In this document: in pieces, positions 8,465-17,056 of the stretch
Layout of the letters: every line of letters starts with the position of its first letter
How positions within the stretch are numbered: position 1 is the stretch's first letter
Origin: an uncultured Enterobacteriaceae bacterium
GTDB taxonomy: Bacteria > Pseudomonadota > Gammaproteobacteria > Burkholderiales > SG8-39
Assembly: GCA_964583645.1 (NCBI GenBank)
Contig: CAZOWR010000002.1
Location: forward strand, 1-39,522
Length of the DNA stretch: 39,522 nucleotides
Reading direction: 5' to 3'
Notes under the pieces: generated by a model
What the model was told of the DNA's origin: nothing
The model's database searches: none
What the model saw: the letters and a program-made list of their open reading frames with translations, nothing else
Made by a program: the position numbers and the translations under genes

Positions 8465-8650
8465 TTCCCTGCTGTGCACGACCGGGCCCAATTTTTCCGA
8501 ACCGACAGCATCCCGAGGTCGCGGCCCACGGTGTCACTGTTGTGATCGTCCCGCGCCCCCCGGGCGCGCCGACGAACCTGATGTGACCGGAAAGCGACCA
8601 CCCTGTTTTGCGGGGTTCGGGAGCCGGGCCCACCGGCACGCGCGGGGGAC
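8465..8650 (+). ncRNA. ssrS: 6S RNA (ssrS)
   Basis: It occupies the conserved position directly 3' of zapA in a 201-nt non-coding gap. A rod-like fold is visible: CCCTGCTGTGC (8467-77) pairs with GCACGCGCGGGG (8637-48), GGGCCC (8484-89) with GGGCCC (8626-31), CCGAACC (8497-8503) with GGTTCGG (8614-20), and GTCAC (8533-37) with GTGAC (8583-87). A central region remains unpaired. The ends are approximate. Confidence 0.7.
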
Positions 8651-8659
8651 TCCCCACCG

Positions 8660-9124
8660 ATGCGCCACTGGCTGATGAAGTCGGAGCCCGAGGAGTGCTC
8701 CATCGACGATGCGCTCGCGGCGCCGCGCCGCACGGTGCCCTGGAGCGGCGTGCGCAACTACCAGGCGCGCAATTTCATGCGCGACGCGATGCGCGTGGGT
8801 GACGGGGTGCTCTTCTATCACTCCAGTTGCGACGAGCCGGGCATCGCCGGGCTCGCCGAGGTCGCTTCCGCCGCCTACCCCGACGCCACCCAGTTCCAGC
8901 GCTCCAGCCCCTACTTCGATCCGAAGGCGAAGCGCGCCACGCCCCGCTGGGTCAACGTCGACGTGCGCGCGCTGCGCAGGACACGCCTCGTCCCGCTCTC
9001 GGAGCTGAGGCAGCACGCTGCGCTCGCAGCGATGTGGCTGCTGCGGCCCGGCAGCCGCCTCTCCGTGACGCCGGTGAGCCCCGCCGAGTGGAAGTACATC
9101 ACCGGGAAGCTCATCGGCGCGTGA
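8660..9124 (+). CDS. EVE (PUA-like, DUF55) domain-containing protein
   Basis: 154-aa [18 protein letters not shown]...[29 protein letters not shown]...PGIAGLAEV...YPD is the EVE-domain signature. Confidence 0.85.
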   Translation: MRHWLMKSEPEECSIDDALAAPRRTVPWSGVRNYQARNFMRDAMRVGDGVLFYHSSCDEPGIAGLAEVASAAYPDATQFQRSSPYFDPKAKRATPRWVNVDVRALRRTRLVPLSELRQHAALAAMWLLRPGSRLSVTPVSPAEWKYITGKLIGA

Positions 9125-10188
9125 GCCCGCTCGAGAACGACACGCTGCTCAGGGCCCTCGCGCGGGTGCCCACCGGGCGCACCCCGATCTGGCTGATGCG
9201 CCAGGCCGGCCGCTATCTCCCCGAGTACAACGCCGCGCGCGCGCGCGCCGGCAGCTTCCTCGCCCTGGCGAAGACCCCGGCGCTCGCCGCCGAGGTCACC
9301 CTGCAGCCGCTCGAGCGTTATCCCCTGGATGCCGCGATCCTGTTCTCCGACATCCTGACGGTGCCCGACGCGATGGGGCTGGGCCTGCATTTCGCCGAGG
9401 GCGAGGGGCCGCGCTTCGAGCGGCCGCTGCGCGACGAGGCCGCGGTGCGCCGGCTCGCCCCGCCGGACCCGGCCGAGCTCGGCTATGTCATGGCGGCGCT
9501 GCGCGAGGTCAGGCGCGCGCTGGCCGGCCGCGTGCCGCTCATCGGCTTCGCCGGCAGTCCCTATACGCTCGCCTGCTACATGGTCGAGGGCGCCGGCAGC
9601 AGCGACTTCAGGATCCTGAAGGAGATGCTCTACTCGCGCCCGGACCTGCTGCACCGCATCCTCGAGGTGAACGCGAGCGCCGTGTCGGACTATCTCAACG
9701 CCCAGATCGAGGCGGGCGCGCAAGCCGTGATGCTGTTCGACACCTGGGGCGGCAACCTGAGCGCGCAGGGCTACGAGTCGTTCTCGCTCGCGTACTCGCG
9801 CAAGGTGCTCGCCGCGCTTCGGCGCGAGGCCGACGGGCGGCGCGTGCCCTCGATTCTGTTCACGCGGGGCGGCAGCCCGTGGCTCGAGGCGATGGCCGCG
9901 AGCGGCTGCGATGCGCTCGGCCTGGACTGGACCATCGACCCGGGCGAGGCGCGCCGCCGCACGGGCGGTCGCGTCGCGCTGCAAGGCAACCTCGATCCTG
10001 CGGTGCTGCTCGCGCCGCCTGAGCGCGTGCGCGAAGAGGCGCGCCGCGTGCTCGACGCCTTCGGCACCGAGCCCGGCCACGTTTTCAATCTCGGCCATGG
10101 GATCTCGCCGCAGGCGCGCCCGGAGTCCGTGGCCGCGCTCGTAGACGAAGTGCGCACTTACAGCGGCAAGATGCGTGAAAGCGCTTGA
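9121..10188 (+). CDS. hemE: Uroporphyrinogen decarboxylase
   Basis: A GTG start forms a GTGA overlap with the EVE stop. The 355-aa product carries the URO-D signature [15 protein letters not shown]. The track ORF 8827..10188 is a 5' over-extension in the same frame. Confidence 0.9.
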   Translation: MSPLENDTLLRALARVPTGRTPIWLMRQAGRYLPEYNAARARAGSFLALAKTPALAAEVTLQPLERYPLDAAILFSDILTVPDAMGLGLHFAEGEGPRFERPLRDEAAVRRLAPPDPAELGYVMAALREVRRALAGRVPLIGFAGSPYTLACYMVEGAGSSDFRILKEMLYSRPDLLHRILEVNASAVSDYLNAQIEAGAQAVMLFDTWGGNLSAQGYESFSLAYSRKVLAALRREADGRRVPSILFTRGGSPWLEAMAASGCDALGLDWTIDPGEARRRTGGRVALQGNLDPAVLLAPPERVREEARRVLDAFGTEPGHVFNLGHGISPQARPESVAALVDEVRTYSGKMRESA

Positions 10189-10189
10189 C

Positions 10190-10374
10190 TTATGCACAAA
10201 AAGCCGGATTCCGTCCCGCGCGGAGCGCAACTGTAGGGTCCTCCGCGAGTGCCACAGCAACTCGATGATTTACATGGAGAAAGTGGCCCGCTGGGCGCGC
10301 CCGCGGAAGCCCGGGCGGAAGCGCGCGCCAGGCCCTCCACGGCCGCCTCGCGGTTACCCACACGTTTATCCACA
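10190..10374 (+). promoter_or_regulatory. Cluster of three same-orientation DnaA boxes in the hemE-priA spacer
   Basis: TTATGCACA lies at 10190-10198, TTACCCACA at 10354-10362 and TTATCCACA at 10366-10374. Two match TTATNCACA exactly and one has a single mismatch. AT-rich 9-mers like these are very unlikely by chance in ~70% GC DNA. Confidence 0.55.
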
Positions 10375-10512
10375 TCTGCGGCGGCAAGGCCGAAATTGCC
10401 CTTTCGCAGCAAGGAGAACCGCGACGATCAGAACGCGAATGCTCAGGTTCCGGCAGTAACGGGCGCGCGTCGCTGAGAAAACGTCGTCGCGAAATTCATC
10501 CATCCCAGTGCG

Positions 10513-12501
10513 ATGAGAGTGCTGCGCGTTGCGCTCGACGTTCCGCTCGCGACGCTGTTCGACTATCTGGAGGACGCCGATTCGGTTGCGCAGCCGGGAG
10601 ATCGGGTCGCGGTGCCGTTCGGCCGCGGCGAGCGCGTCGGCGTCGTGATGGAAGCGGCGCAGTACAGCCGCGTCGAGCCCGCGCGCTTGAAACCGATCCG
10701 GCGCGTGCTCGACGATGCGCCGCGGCTCCCGGCCGACTGGCTCGCGCTGATGCGGCTCCTCTCGGGCTATTACCAGCGGCCGACCGGAGAGACCGCGGCG
10801 GGTGCGCTGCCGCCGCGCCTGCGATCGCTCAAGCCGCTGCCCAAGCGCCGTGACGGCGCCGCGGATGCCGCGGGCGGCGCCGCGTTCGTTCCCGGGCACC
10901 GGCCCAACGCCGCGCAGGCGCTCGCCATCGCGCGGATCGGCGCCGCCCTGGGGAAGTTCCGCGCGTTCCTCCTGCACGGCGTCACCGGGAGCGGCAAGAC
11001 CGAGATCTACCTGCACCTCATCGCGCGGGTTCTCGGGCGCGGCGGCCAGGCGCTCGTGCTGGTGCCCGAGATCGGGCTGACGCCGCAGCTCGAGGCGCGC
11101 TTCAGGCACGCGTTCCCGGATGGCCGCATCGCGATCCTGCACAGCGCGCTCGAGGCGGGAGCGCGCACCCATGCCTGGCTGGATGCCGCGCGGGGCGACG
11201 CCGGCATCGTGCTCGGGACGCGGCTCGCGGTGCTCGCGCCCCTGCCGCGGCTCGCGCTCGTCGTGGTGGACGAGGAGCACGACACCTCCTTCAAGCAGCA
11301 GGAAGGGCTGCGCTACTCGGGGCGCGACGCCGCCGTGCTGCGCGCCAAGCTCGCCGGGTGTCCGGCCGTGCTCGGCACGGCGACGCCCTCGCTCGAGACA
11401 TGGTTCAACTGCCGCGCCGGCCGCTACGAGCGGCTGGCGCTCCCGGAGCGCGCGGTGCCCGGCGCGGTGCTGCCTTCGGTGCGCACGGTAGACCTCTCGG
11501 CGCACCCGGCCGTGCAGGGCTTCGCGGCGCCGCTCCTCGAGGCGATCGGCGGCCGGCTCGAGCGCCGCGAGCAGAGCCTGGTTTTCATCAACCGCCGCGG
11601 CTACGCGCCGGTGCTGGCCTGCGAAGCCTGCGGCTGGGCCTCGGGCTGCGAGCGCTGCACTGCGCACCTCGTGCTGCACGCGGCGGACCGGCGGCTGCGC
11701 TGCCACCACTGCGGGGCGGAGGCGCGCATCCCGCGCGCCTGCCCCACCTGCGGCAACCCGGACCTGCGCCCGGTCGGGCGCGGCACGCAGCGCGTGGAGG
11801 AGACGCTCGCCGGGCGCTTCCCCGGGGCGCGCATCGCGCGCATCGACCGCGACAGCGCGCGGCGCCGCGGCGCGCTCGAGCGCGCCCTCGCCGCCGCGCA
11901 CCGCGGCGAGGCCGACATCCTGGTCGGGACGCAGTTGCTTGCCAAAGGCCACGACTTCCCGGCGCTGACGCTGGTGTGCGTGCTCGGCGCGGACAGCGCG
12001 CTGCTCTCCACCGACTACCGCGCCGCCGAGCGGCTCTTCGCGACGCTCGACCAGGTCGCGGGGCGCTCGGGGCGCCGCACGCGCCCGGGCGAGATGCTGG
12101 TGCAGACGCGCTATCCCGGGCATCCCCTGTTCGCGGCGCTGGAGCGCCACGACTACGCCGGCTTCGCCGAGTCGCAGCTCGCCGAGCGCAGGCAGGCCGG
12201 CTTCCCGCCCTTCGTGCACGAGGCGGCGCTGCGCGCCGAGGCGGCAAAGCTCGACACGGCGCTCGGCTTCCTGCGCCGCGCCGCGAGCCTCGTAGAGGCC
12301 CCGGCGGGCGTGCGCGTCTACGACCCCGTGCCGCACGTGGTGACGCGCCGCGCGGGCCTGGATCGCGCGCAGCTGCTCGTGCAGTCGGCCTCGCGCCCCG
12401 CACTGCAGGCGTTCCTCGCGCGCTGGAGCGAGCGGCTCTTCGCGAGCGCCCCGCGCAACGTGCGCTGGCACCTGGACGTCGACCCAATCGAGTTCGACTG
12501 A
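10513..12501 (+). CDS. priA: Primosomal protein N' (replication restart helicase PriA)
   Basis: 662-aa ORF with Walker A GVTGSGKTE, DEEHD (DExH box) and the Cys-rich zinc module CEACGWASGCERCTAHLVLHAADRRLRCHHCGAEARIPRACPTCGN. Confidence 0.9.
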   Translation: MRVLRVALDVPLATLFDYLEDADSVAQPGDRVAVPFGRGERVGVVMEAAQYSRVEPARLKPIRRVLDDAPRLPADWLALMRLLSGYYQRPTGETAAGALPPRLRSLKPLPKRRDGAADAAGGAAFVPGHRPNAAQALAIARIGAALGKFRAFLLHGVTGSGKTEIYLHLIARVLGRGGQALVLVPEIGLTPQLEARFRHAFPDGRIAILHSALEAGARTHAWLDAARGDAGIVLGTRLAVLAPLPRLALVVVDEEHDTSFKQQEGLRYSGRDAAVLRAKLAGCPAVLGTATPSLETWFNCRAGRYERLALPERAVPGAVLPSVRTVDLSAHPAVQGFAAPLLEAIGGRLERREQSLVFINRRGYAPVLACEACGWASGCERCTAHLVLHAADRRLRCHHCGAEARIPRACPTCGNPDLRPVGRGTQRVEETLAGRFPGARIARIDRDSARRRGALERALAAAHRGEADILVGTQLLAKGHDFPALTLVCVLGADSALLSTDYRAAERLFATLDQVAGRSGRRTRPGEMLVQTRYPGHPLFAALERHDYAGFAESQLAERRQAGFPPFVHEAALRAEAAKLDTALGFLRRAASLVEAPAGVRVYDPVPHVVTRRAGLDRAQLLVQSASRPALQAFLARWSERLFASAPRNVRWHLDVDPIEFD

Positions 12502-12502
12502 A

Positions 12503-12526
12503 AATCGGGGTCAGACCACGTTTTCG
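12503..12526 (+). repeat. Solo copy of a REP-like element (AATCGGGGTCAGACCACGTTTTCG)
   Basis: It begins 2 nt after the priA stop. It is near-identical to both arms of the hairpin at 30879-30958. Confidence 0.6.
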
Positions 12527-12598
12527 ATGCCAGGCGGCTGCGACCCGGCGGCGCTCTGCCAGCGTTTATAATTCGCGCCCCCGCAGGCAGCTCACGCA

Positions 12599-14251
12599 AT
12601 GAAGGATTTGAAGCAGATTCTCGAGGAGGCCTACGAAGAGGAAATCAGGACTCGATTTCCCGATCTGGGCCATTTCCGCGTCGAGTTCGTCAGGTCCAAG
12701 AATCCCAAACACGGCGACCTGAGCTCCCCGTTCGCGTTTCGTCTTTCCAAGCTTGTCAACCAGGACCCCAGAGGTCTTGTTGCCGAGATCAGTGCGGGAG
12801 CGGATACGAGAATAGAGCGCGTTCACCACACCAATTTTTTCGAACCGGTTCAGTTCGCCCCGCCAGGGTTTGCCAACCGTCGGTTCAGGTCGTCCGCGCG
12901 ACACGAGGTGGTGCGCGACATACTTCGTCAGGGAGCCAGGTTCGGCTGTGCGGCAACGCCGCGCGGCGGGAAGGTCATGGTCGAGTTCGTCTCCGCCAAC
13001 CCCACCGGCCCGCTGCACGTCGGCCACGGCCGCCAGGCGGCGCTCGGCGACACCATCGCGGCGCTGCTCGAGTCCCAGGGTCACCAGGTGACGCGAGAGT
13101 TCTACTACAACGACGCGGGCGCCCAGGTTCACAACCTCACGCTTTCGGTACAGGCGCGCGGCCGCGGCATCGCGCCGGGCGATCCCGGCTGGCCCGAGGA
13201 AGGCTACCAAGGCGAGTACATCATCGAGATCGCGGACGCCTACCTCGAGCAGGGAAGCTCGCTCGAGGACCTGGAGGCGATCCGGGTGTTCGCGGTGGGC
13301 GCGCTGCGCCGCGAGCAGGACGAGGACCTGCGCGCCTTCGGCATAAGCTTCGACGTCTACACCCTCGAGTCGAGCCTGTACGCCGAAGGCAAGGTGGACG
13401 AGGTGGTGAAGGCGCTCGTCGCGAGCGGCAGGACCTACGAGAGGGAAGGCGCGCTGTGGCTGCGCACCACCGAGTTCGGCGACGACAAGGACCGGGTGAT
13501 GCGCAAGTCCGACGGCAGCTACACGTACTTCGTCCCCGACGTCGCCTACCACGTGACGAAGTGGCGGCGCGGCTTCGGGCGTGTGGTCAACGTGCAGGGC
13601 ACCGACCACCACAGCACGGTGAAGCGGGTGCGCGCGGGGCTACAGGCGCTCGGCCTCGGCATTCCCGGGGGCTATCCGGACTATGTGCTGCACAACCTGG
13701 TGCGCGTGATGCGGGGCGGCGAGGAGGTGAGGATCTCCAAGCGCGCCGGGAGCTACGTCACGGTGCGCGACCTCATCGAGTGGGTAGGGCGCGACGCGGT
13801 GCGGTTCTTCCTGGTCTCGCGCCGGCCCGACGCCCATTTCGTGTTCGATGTCGACCTCGCGCTCTCGCAGACCGAGGACAACCCCGTGTACTACGTACAG
13901 TACGCGCACGCGCGCGTCTGCAGCGTGTTCGCGCAATGGGGCGGAGATCCGGCGTCGCTTGCAGGCGCGGTGCTCGCGCCCCTGGCGCATCCGCGCGAGC
14001 TCGCGCTCATGCAGCAGCTCGCCGCGTTTCCCGAGACCCTGGCGGTCGCCGCGAAGGAATTCGCGCCGCACTCGCTCGCGTTCTACCTGCGCAGCCTCGC
14101 GGGCGAGTTCCACAGCTACTATAATGCCGAGCGCATCCTCGTCGAGGACGAGGCGCTGCGCGCGGCGCGGCTCGCGCTCGCCGCCGCGGTCCGGCAGACG
14201 CTCGCCAACGGTCTGCGCATCCTCGGCGTGGGCGCGCCGGAGAAAATGTGA
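12599..14251 (+). CDS. argS: Arginine--tRNA ligase
   Basis: 550-aa [27 protein letters not shown] carries the HIGH motif, followed by [27 protein letters not shown] and [14 protein letters not shown]. The first ~300 nt have clearly lower GC. Confidence 0.92.
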   Translation: MKDLKQILEEAYEEEIRTRFPDLGHFRVEFVRSKNPKHGDLSSPFAFRLSKLVNQDPRGLVAEISAGADTRIERVHHTNFFEPVQFAPPGFANRRFRSSARHEVVRDILRQGARFGCAATPRGGKVMVEFVSANPTGPLHVGHGRQAALGDTIAALLESQGHQVTREFYYNDAGAQVHNLTLSVQARGRGIAPGDPGWPEEGYQGEYIIEIADAYLEQGSSLEDLEAIRVFAVGALRREQDEDLRAFGISFDVYTLESSLYAEGKVDEVVKALVASGRTYEREGALWLRTTEFGDDKDRVMRKSDGSYTYFVPDVAYHVTKWRRGFGRVVNVQGTDHHSTVKRVRAGLQALGLGIPGGYPDYVLHNLVRVMRGGEEVRISKRAGSYVTVRDLIEWVGRDAVRFFLVSRRPDAHFVFDVDLALSQTEDNPVYYVQYAHARVCSVFAQWGGDPASLAGAVLAPLAHPRELALMQQLAAFPETLAVAAKEFAPHSLAFYLRSLAGEFHSYYNAERILVEDEALRAARLALAAAVRQTLANGLRILGVGAPEKM

Positions 14252-14865
14252 TGGCGAGGCCCACCCGACCGACGGCTGCCACGCGGCGCAAGTCCGGCGG
14301 CAGCTTCCTGCTCGGCTTGTTCGTCGGCCTCATCGCCGGCCTGGCGATCGCGCTCGGCGTCGCCTTCTACCTCAACAAGACGCCGGTGCCGTTCCTCGGC
14401 AGGGCGAAGCCCGCGGCGACCAAGGATGCAGCGGCGGAGGCCAAGCCGCCCGCGATCGCCGGGCTGCCGCAGGCGGGTGCGGGCGCCGCGAAGGGCGCCG
14501 AGAAACCGAAGTTCGATTTCTATCGCATCCTGCCGGGCGGCGAGGAGGCGGTCACCGAGCGCGAGTTGAAGGACGCCGCGCGCGCCGCCGAAGGCAAGGT
14601 CGAGGACGCGAAGGGCGTGTATTACATCCAGGCAGGCTCGTTCCAGAACCCGGCGGATGCCGACAACCAGAAGGCCAAGCTCGCGATTCTCGGGCTCGAG
14701 TCGAGCGTCGAGCCCTCGACGCTGCCCGACAAGGGCACCTGGTACCGGGTGCGGCTCGGCCCCTACACCAGGCTCGAGGACCTGAACCAGGCGCGCCAGC
14801 TGCTGGCGCAGAACGGAATCGAGGCCAGCCTGGTCAGACTGAAAGACGCCGCAGCAAAGAACTGA
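14251..14865 (+). CDS. SPOR domain-containing (FtsN-like) cell division protein
   Basis: It has a basic N-terminus, one TM helix (FLLGLFVGLIAGLAIALGVAFYL), an Ala/Pro-rich linker and a C-terminal SPOR domain (YYIQAGSFQNPADADNQKAKLAILGL...WYRVRLGPY). The ATG overlaps the argS stop; GTG 14248 is an alternative start. Confidence 0.8.
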   Translation: MARPTRPTAATRRKSGGSFLLGLFVGLIAGLAIALGVAFYLNKTPVPFLGRAKPAATKDAAAEAKPPAIAGLPQAGAGAAKGAEKPKFDFYRILPGGEEAVTERELKDAARAAEGKVEDAKGVYYIQAGSFQNPADADNQKAKLAILGLESSVEPSTLPDKGTWYRVRLGPYTRLEDLNQARQLLAQNGIEASLVRLKDAAAKN

Positions 14866-14888
14866 AACGCCCGAAAGGAAGGGACTCG

Positions 14889-15536
14889 ATGCTACACGCT
14901 CGCCGCACGCTGCTCGCCGCGCTCGCGCTGGCGCCCTGGCTCGCGCCCGGCGCGGCCCGGGCGCAACCCCGGGCCGACGCCGACTACACGGTGCTCCGGC
15001 AGGAGCTGCCGGTCGAGACGCCGGGCAGGATCGAGGTGATCGAGTTCTTCTGGTACGGCTGCCCCGCCTGCTACCAGTTCGAGCCGCTCATCGAGGCCTG
15101 GATCCCGAAGCTGCCGGCGGAGGCGCAGTTCCGCCGCATCCCGGCGGTGTTCAACCAGCGCTGGGCGCGCGATGCCTCGCTCTACTACGCCTTCGAAGCG
15201 CTCGGTCTGGTGGAGAAGCTGCACCGGCCGCTGTACGACGCCATCCACCGCGACCGGCTGCGCACCGACAACCCCGAAGCCATGGCGCAGTGGCTGCAGC
15301 GCCACGGGCTGGAAGCGAAGCGGGTGGAGGACACGGTGAAGTCCTTCGGCGTGCAGAGCAAGGTGCGCCGCTCGGCGCAGCTGGGCGCCGCCTACCGCAT
15401 CGACGGCACGCCGACGCTCGCGGTGCACGGCCGCTACACCGTCAAGATCGAGCAGGCGAGGAGCTTCGAGAACATGATCGCGATCGCCGATCACCTGATC
15501 GGCGTCGCGCGCAAGGGGCTCGCGGCGAAGAAGTAG
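14889..15536 (+). CDS. dsbA: Thiol:disulfide interchange protein DsbA (CPAC active-site variant)
   Basis: Start MLHARRTLLAALALAPWLAPGAARA is a signal peptide. The thioredoxin-fold motif is FFWYGCPACYQF. An AAGGAAGGG SD lies upstream. The product is 215 aa. Confidence 0.85.
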   Translation: MLHARRTLLAALALAPWLAPGAARAQPRADADYTVLRQELPVETPGRIEVIEFFWYGCPACYQFEPLIEAWIPKLPAEAQFRRIPAVFNQRWARDASLYYAFEALGLVEKLHRPLYDAIHRDRLRTDNPEAMAQWLQRHGLEAKRVEDTVKSFGVQSKVRRSAQLGAAYRIDGTPTLAVHGRYTVKIEQARSFENMIAIADHLIGVARKGLAAKK

Positions 15537-15554
15537 CGGCCGGGCGCCGCCGCG

Positions 15555-16316
15555 ATGAAAGTCTTCATCACGGGCGCCTCCGCGGGGCTCGGCGCGGCGC
15601 TCTCACGGCACTACGCGGCGCCGGGGGCGACCCTCGGCCTCGCGGCGCGGCGCGAGGAGCAGATGCGTGCCCTCGCCGCGACGCTCCCCGGCACGCACGC
15701 GCTTTACCCGCTCGACGTCGCGGATACGCAGGCGCTCGAGCATGCTGCGCGGGATTTTCTCGAGCGCTTCGGCGCGCCCGACCTGGTGATCGCCAATGCC
15801 GGCGTCTCCATCGGCACGCGGGGCGAGGACCCGGCGGACGTACGCACGCTGCGTCGCATGCTCGAGGTGAACGTCGCCGGGCTCGCGGCGACGCTCGCCG
15901 CCTTCGCCCCGGCGATGCGCGCCGCGGGCCGGGGCACGCTCTGCGGGATCGCCAGCGTGGCGGGCTTTCGCGGCCTGCCCGGCGCGGGCGCCTACAGCGG
16001 CTCCAAGGCGGCGGCCATCGCCTGGCTGGAGGCGCTGCGCGCCGAGCTCGCCGGGAGCGGCGTCGCCGTGGTGACGATCTGCCCCGGCTACATCGATACG
16101 CCGATGACGCGGGTCAACCGCTACCGCATGCCGTTCCTGCTGACGGCTGACGAGGCGGCGCGGCGCATCGCGTGCGCCATCGCGGCGCGCCGGCGGCTCG
16201 CCGTCATCCCCTGGCAGATGGCGCTGGTGTCGCTTGCGCTGCGCGCGCTGCCCGGCTGGCTCTACGACCGGCTCGCGGCGCGCGCGCCGAGAAAGCCGCG
16301 CGGGCTGCCGCTTTGA
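15555..16316 (+). CDS. SDR family oxidoreductase
   Basis: 253-aa ORF with the TGASAGLG cofactor motif, NAG and the catalytic YSGSK. Confidence 0.85.
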   Translation: MKVFITGASAGLGAALSRHYAAPGATLGLAARREEQMRALAATLPGTHALYPLDVADTQALEHAARDFLERFGAPDLVIANAGVSIGTRGEDPADVRTLRRMLEVNVAGLAATLAAFAPAMRAAGRGTLCGIASVAGFRGLPGAGAYSGSKAAAIAWLEALRAELAGSGVAVVTICPGYIDTPMTRVNRYRMPFLLTADEAARRIACAIAARRRLAVIPWQMALVSLALRALPGWLYDRLAARAPRKPRGLPL

Positions 16317-17056
16317 GCCGCATCGTCTCGCTCGTGCCCTCGATCACCGAGCTGGTGTGCGAGCTCGGGCTCGCGAGCGAGCTCGTAGGGCGCACCGGCT
16401 TCTGCATTCACCCGCGCGACTTGGTGAAGCGCATTCCCAAGGTCGGCGGCACGAAGACCGTAAACCTGGCGAAAGTGCGCGCGCTCGCGCCGACGCACGT
16501 CATCCTCAACGTCGACGAGAACCGCAGGGAGACGGCGCATGAGCTGGCGACATTCGTTCCCAACCTCGTCGTCACGCACCCGCTCGCGCCGCAGGACAAT
16601 CTCAAGCTGTACCGGCAGATCGGCACTGCGTTCGGCAAGGAGCGCGAGGCGGAGGCCCTGTGCGCGCGCTGGCGGCGGGCCTGGGAGCAGAGCGTACAGC
16701 AACGTTTTACGCCGCGCCGCGTGCTGTACCTGATCTGGAAGGATCCCTGGATGACGGTGTCGCGCGACACCTACATCTCGCGCACCCTCGCTGTCTTCGG
16801 CCTGAGCACGCTCCCGGAGAAGGCGCCTCAGCGCTATCCGAAGATCTCTCTCGACGAGCACTGGATTTCCGGCCTCGACCTGGTCCTCGTCTCCACCGAG
16901 CCGTACCGCTTCCGCCAAGCCCATCTCGACGGCATCCGCCGCGCGACCGGGAAACCGGCGCAACTGATCGACGGTGAAATGACCTCCTGGTACGGCCCGC
17001 GCGCCATCGCGGGCCTCGCCTACCTCGCAGAGCTCTCGAGCTCGCTCAGGAAGTAG
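16313..17056 (+). CDS. Cobalamin-binding-protein-like / helical-backbone metal receptor (BtuF/TroA fold), no signal peptide
   Basis: A TTG start forms a TTGA overlap with the SDR stop. The N-terminus (M)SRIVSLVPSITELVCELGL...VGRTGFCIHP is typical of this family. The product is 247 aa. The longer track ORF (16172) would overlap the SDR gene by 140 nt. Confidence 0.65.
   Translation: MSRIVSLVPSITELVCELGLASELVGRTGFCIHPRDLVKRIPKVGGTKTVNLAKVRALAPTHVILNVDENRRETAHELATFVPNLVVTHPLAPQDNLKLYRQIGTAFGKEREAEALCARWRRAWEQSVQQRFTPRRVLYLIWKDPWMTVSRDTYISRTLAVFGLSTLPEKAPQRYPKISLDEHWISGLDLVLVSTEPYRFRQAHLDGIRRATGKPAQLIDGEMTSWYGPRAIAGLAYLAELSSSLRK

Noticed and set aside
8827-9120. 5' extension of the hemE ORF (track start 8827) overlapping the EVE gene.
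   Set aside because: The extension is Arg-rich nonsense in an alternative frame of a well-supported EVE gene. The URO-D N-terminus fits the GTG at 9121.
10219-10247. 7-bp GC hairpin (CGCGGAG-N15-CTCCGCG) after hemE as a possible terminator or sRNA.
   Set aside because: It has a large 15-nt loop and no downstream U-tract, and there is no supporting promoter or second structure. That is not enough to call a terminator or an RNA gene.
10190-10374. Calling the DnaA-box cluster next to hemE the chromosomal origin (oriC).
   Set aside because: I could not recognise an AT-rich unwinding element or 13-mer repeats. No dnaA, dnaN, gidA or parAB lies nearby, and there are only three boxes, all in one orientation. 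I kept it as a DnaA-box cluster of unknown role rather than an origin call.
16172-16312. Upstream in-frame extension of the BtuF-like ORF that might supply a signal or Tat peptide.
   Set aside because: The extension lies entirely within the SDR coding region. It is Arg/Ala-rich without a hydrophobic core, and the family N-terminus aligns with the TTG at 16313.
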